Origin: a virus | Lineage: Duplodnaviria; Caudoviricetes | Length of the DNA: 64,000 bases | Virus record (IMG/VR): IMGVR_UViG_3300000101_000005 | Direction: 5' to 3' (one strand) | Part shown: piece by piece, positions 62,519 through 64,000 of the stretch | Numbering within the stretch: the stretch's first letter is position 1 | Layout: the number at the start of each line of letters is the position of its first letter | The notes under the pieces: model-generated | Databases searched by the model: none | The model's input: the letters and a program-made list of their open reading frames with translations, nothing else | Told to the model about the DNA's origin: nothing | Made by a program: the position numbers and the translations under genes

Positions 62519-63121
62519 TTACTTCTTTTCTCCGAGAGCACCATTAATGTACTTCAGTAGAACACCATATGCTGGAAGGAATACAATTAGTCCGACTGCA
62601 ATTTTTAACAAGGTTTGTGATCCTGCGATCGCAACCCAGTTAGCCGCCATATACTCGTCTGCTGAGTTATTAAATGCAACAGCAAAGAATGTATATGTGT
62701 CAATGACGTTTGCAACAACAGTTGACAATGCAGGTGCTAACCACCACGCATTCATACGCTCACGAATGTATTGGAATACATATACATCAAGCAATGTGCC
62801 TACTGCATATGCTGTGGCACTAGCAAAACCAATACGCAATGCTACACTTTCTGGAGCACCTTCTGCAAGTACAACAGCAATACTGCCAATAATTGCTAAC
62901 GGATATGCCGCCGCAATCGTTGCTCTAGCAATTTGTTTTCCTAACATCCTAACAGTTAAGTCAGTTGCTAATACTACTAGCGGGAATGTAAATGCCGCCC
63001 ATGTTAGTTTAACACCAAAAATTTCTACCGGAATAGAAACTAAAGCATTAGAGATTACAATGACTACCACATGCAATAGTGCAAGTTTCACCATCATTTT
63101 TTTATCGATATTCTTAAACAT
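62519..63121 (-). CDS. yhhQ: Queuosine-precursor (preQ0/preQ1) transporter, YhhQ/VUT family
   Basis: Multi-TM protein with ISNALVS, AFTFPLVVLATDLTVRMLG, RIGFASATAY..G.LLDVYVF and STVVANVIDT..FF.VAF. Confidence 0.8.
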   Translation of the reverse strand: MFKNIDKKMMVKLALLHVVVIVISNALVSIPVEIFGVKLTWAAFTFPLVVLATDLTVRMLGKQIARATIAAAYPLAIIGSIAVVLAEGAPESVALRIGFASATAYAVGTLLDVYVFQYIRERMNAWWLAPALSTVVANVIDTYTFFAVAFNNSADEYMAANWVAIAGSQTLLKIAVGLIVFLPAYGVLLKYINGALGEKK

Positions 63122-63129
63122 ATATTTTC

Positions 63130-63861
63130 CTATTTTGTTTGTGCAGGCAACAAATAATCATAAACTGCTAATCCGCTGTCTACCGTAATTTGCGTTACGC
63201 CGTCATCACTGATCTTGTAAGTGCTATCACCACTAAGGCTTAAAATCTTACTTACTTGATCCACTGGCCATGCCCATGCCTTGGATAATGATCCGCCAAC
63301 ATCATGCTGGAATACAAACTCACCAGCGTGTGTACTTGCATCACCAAACGCAAACTTAAGATCTTTGCCTTCCGACTTAGCAATAAAAACACCTTGTTCG
63401 CTGTTAGCTGATACCATCATCTTTAAACGTGCGATACTGGCCACAGTAGGCACAAAGTCAACACCCCATTTAACTGAACGCATTTGTACAGTTTTAAGTT
63501 GATCATTAACAATGTCACTACTCATGAAACGGTAATCGTTTTGGAAGTCTCCAGATTTGTTTTCGAAGTGTAGTCCAACTGGCACAGTTTCGCCATTGCG
63601 ATCCTGTAAATTGATGCTAACTACAGCATCTTCTGCGTACTCTGGGATACGCAAAATCACACCTAGTTTATCCAAGTTAGGCATACCAAACGTGCCCATA
63701 AATTCAGCTACAGGGTTGTGGAACTTTCCTTTGAGAATAACACTTCTGTCTTCTGCAAGTCCTTCAATACTAGTAGTAGTATCATCTCCTGTAACTTTAA
63801 CTAAGTCAATAAACCCTAGATTGTGCGTATGTTGCACAATATCAAGTAAAAAATCTTTCAT
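63130..63861 (-). CDS. Probable DNA polymerase sliding clamp (gp45-like)
   Basis: 243 aa with a two-domain beta/alpha pattern resembling jumbo-phage clamps (GTFGMPNLDKL, KISDDGVTQITVDSGLAVYDYLLPA); own strong promoter. Confidence 0.55.
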   Translation of the reverse strand: MKDFLLDIVQHTHNLGFIDLVKVTGDDTTTSIEGLAEDRSVILKGKFHNPVAEFMGTFGMPNLDKLGVILRIPEYAEDAVVSINLQDRNGETVPVGLHFENKSGDFQNDYRFMSSDIVNDQLKTVQMRSVKWGVDFVPTVASIARLKMMVSANSEQGVFIAKSEGKDLKFAFGDASTHAGEFVFQHDVGGSLSKAWAWPVDQVSKILSLSGDSTYKISDDGVTQITVDSGLAVYDYLLPAQTK

Positions 63862-63892
63862 AAAATAGTCCTTTTTGTATAAGTGTTATGTG

Positions 63893-63923
63893 TAATTTTA
63901 CAAGGTAAAATTAGGTTAGTCAA
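63893..63923 (-). promoter_or_regulatory. Sigma70-type promoter TTGACT-N17-TAAAAT with an overlapping 9-bp palindrome
   Basis: -35 at 63923-63918 and -10 at 63900-63895. TAATTTTAC-AAG-GTAAAATTA spans 63893-63913. Confidence 0.65.
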
Positions 63924-64000
63924 TAACTTTTATTGGCTGGATATGTGTTTTTCTATACTAGAAATCATAAACTGGTACTTAGGATCAAGGTTAGCTTTAA

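Noticed and set aside
63130-63861. Firm gene-symbol assignment (gp45) for the clamp-like gene
   Set aside because: The call is based on size, pattern and recollection only, so it is left without a symbol.
359-63868. Many short ORFs in the track that lie antisense to or out of frame within long genes (e.g. 15008-15331, 15797-16339, 17391-17756, 19449-19799, 31287-31826, 48452-48877, 62511-63188)
   Set aside because: They are shadow ORFs of Thr/Ala/Gly-rich or membrane genes, lack RBS or motifs, and are fully overlapped by better-supported CDSs.
1-64000. Alternative genetic code (stop-codon reassignment), as in some large phages
   Set aside because: A 4593-aa ORF and dense, coupled genes are intact under the standard code. 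TAA, TAG and TGA all end genes at sensible positions.
1-64000. tRNA, rRNA, CRISPR array, integrase/transposase, intron or intein
   Set aside because: No cloverleaf/T-loop signature, spaced repeat array, recombinase motif or splicing motif was recognised by eye. tRNAscan or Infernal would be needed to exclude them fully.

Overview
This window is a 64-kb fragment of an AT-rich, T4-like/jumbo-type tailed phage (myovirus) genome. The host is plausibly a marine Gram-negative bacterium, perhaps an alphaproteobacterium (inferred from a cytochrome c2-type gene and a lipoprotein autotransporter). It has two convergent arms that meet at a rho-independent terminator near 37.87 kb. The plus arm (1-37858) is preceded repeatedly by T4-late-like (A/G)TAAATA motifs. 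It carries baseplate and tail genes: a 4593-aa giant protein, four paralogous fibre/baseplate proteins and two further paralogous virion proteins. Without a break it continues into a ~12-kb block of glycosyltransferase-like, N-terminal-twitch radical SAM, SGNH-like and UDP-sugar dehydrogenase genes. The minus arm (37903-63861) has several near-consensus sigma70 promoters and encodes RNase H and a probable sliding clamp. It also carries a dispersed 7-deazaguanine toolkit (folE, queD-like, queE with a non-canonical cluster motif, YhhQ-type transporter, TGT/DpdA-fold transglycosylase). This is interleaved with a GT-B glycosyltransferase, nucleotide-sugar enzymes, 2OG-Fe(II) oxygenases, a eukaryotic-type phosphomannomutase, a cytochrome c and a 1200-aa lipoprotein subtilase with an autotransporter-like C-terminus. 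The most promising candidate new systems are (i) a tgt/dpdA-glycosyltransferase-folE unit that may make a glycosylated 7-deazaguanine, and (ii) a late-expressed, virion-linked glycan modification island. All functional calls come from motifs read by eye; no database searches were run. No tRNA, rRNA, CRISPR array or integrase/transposase was recognised.
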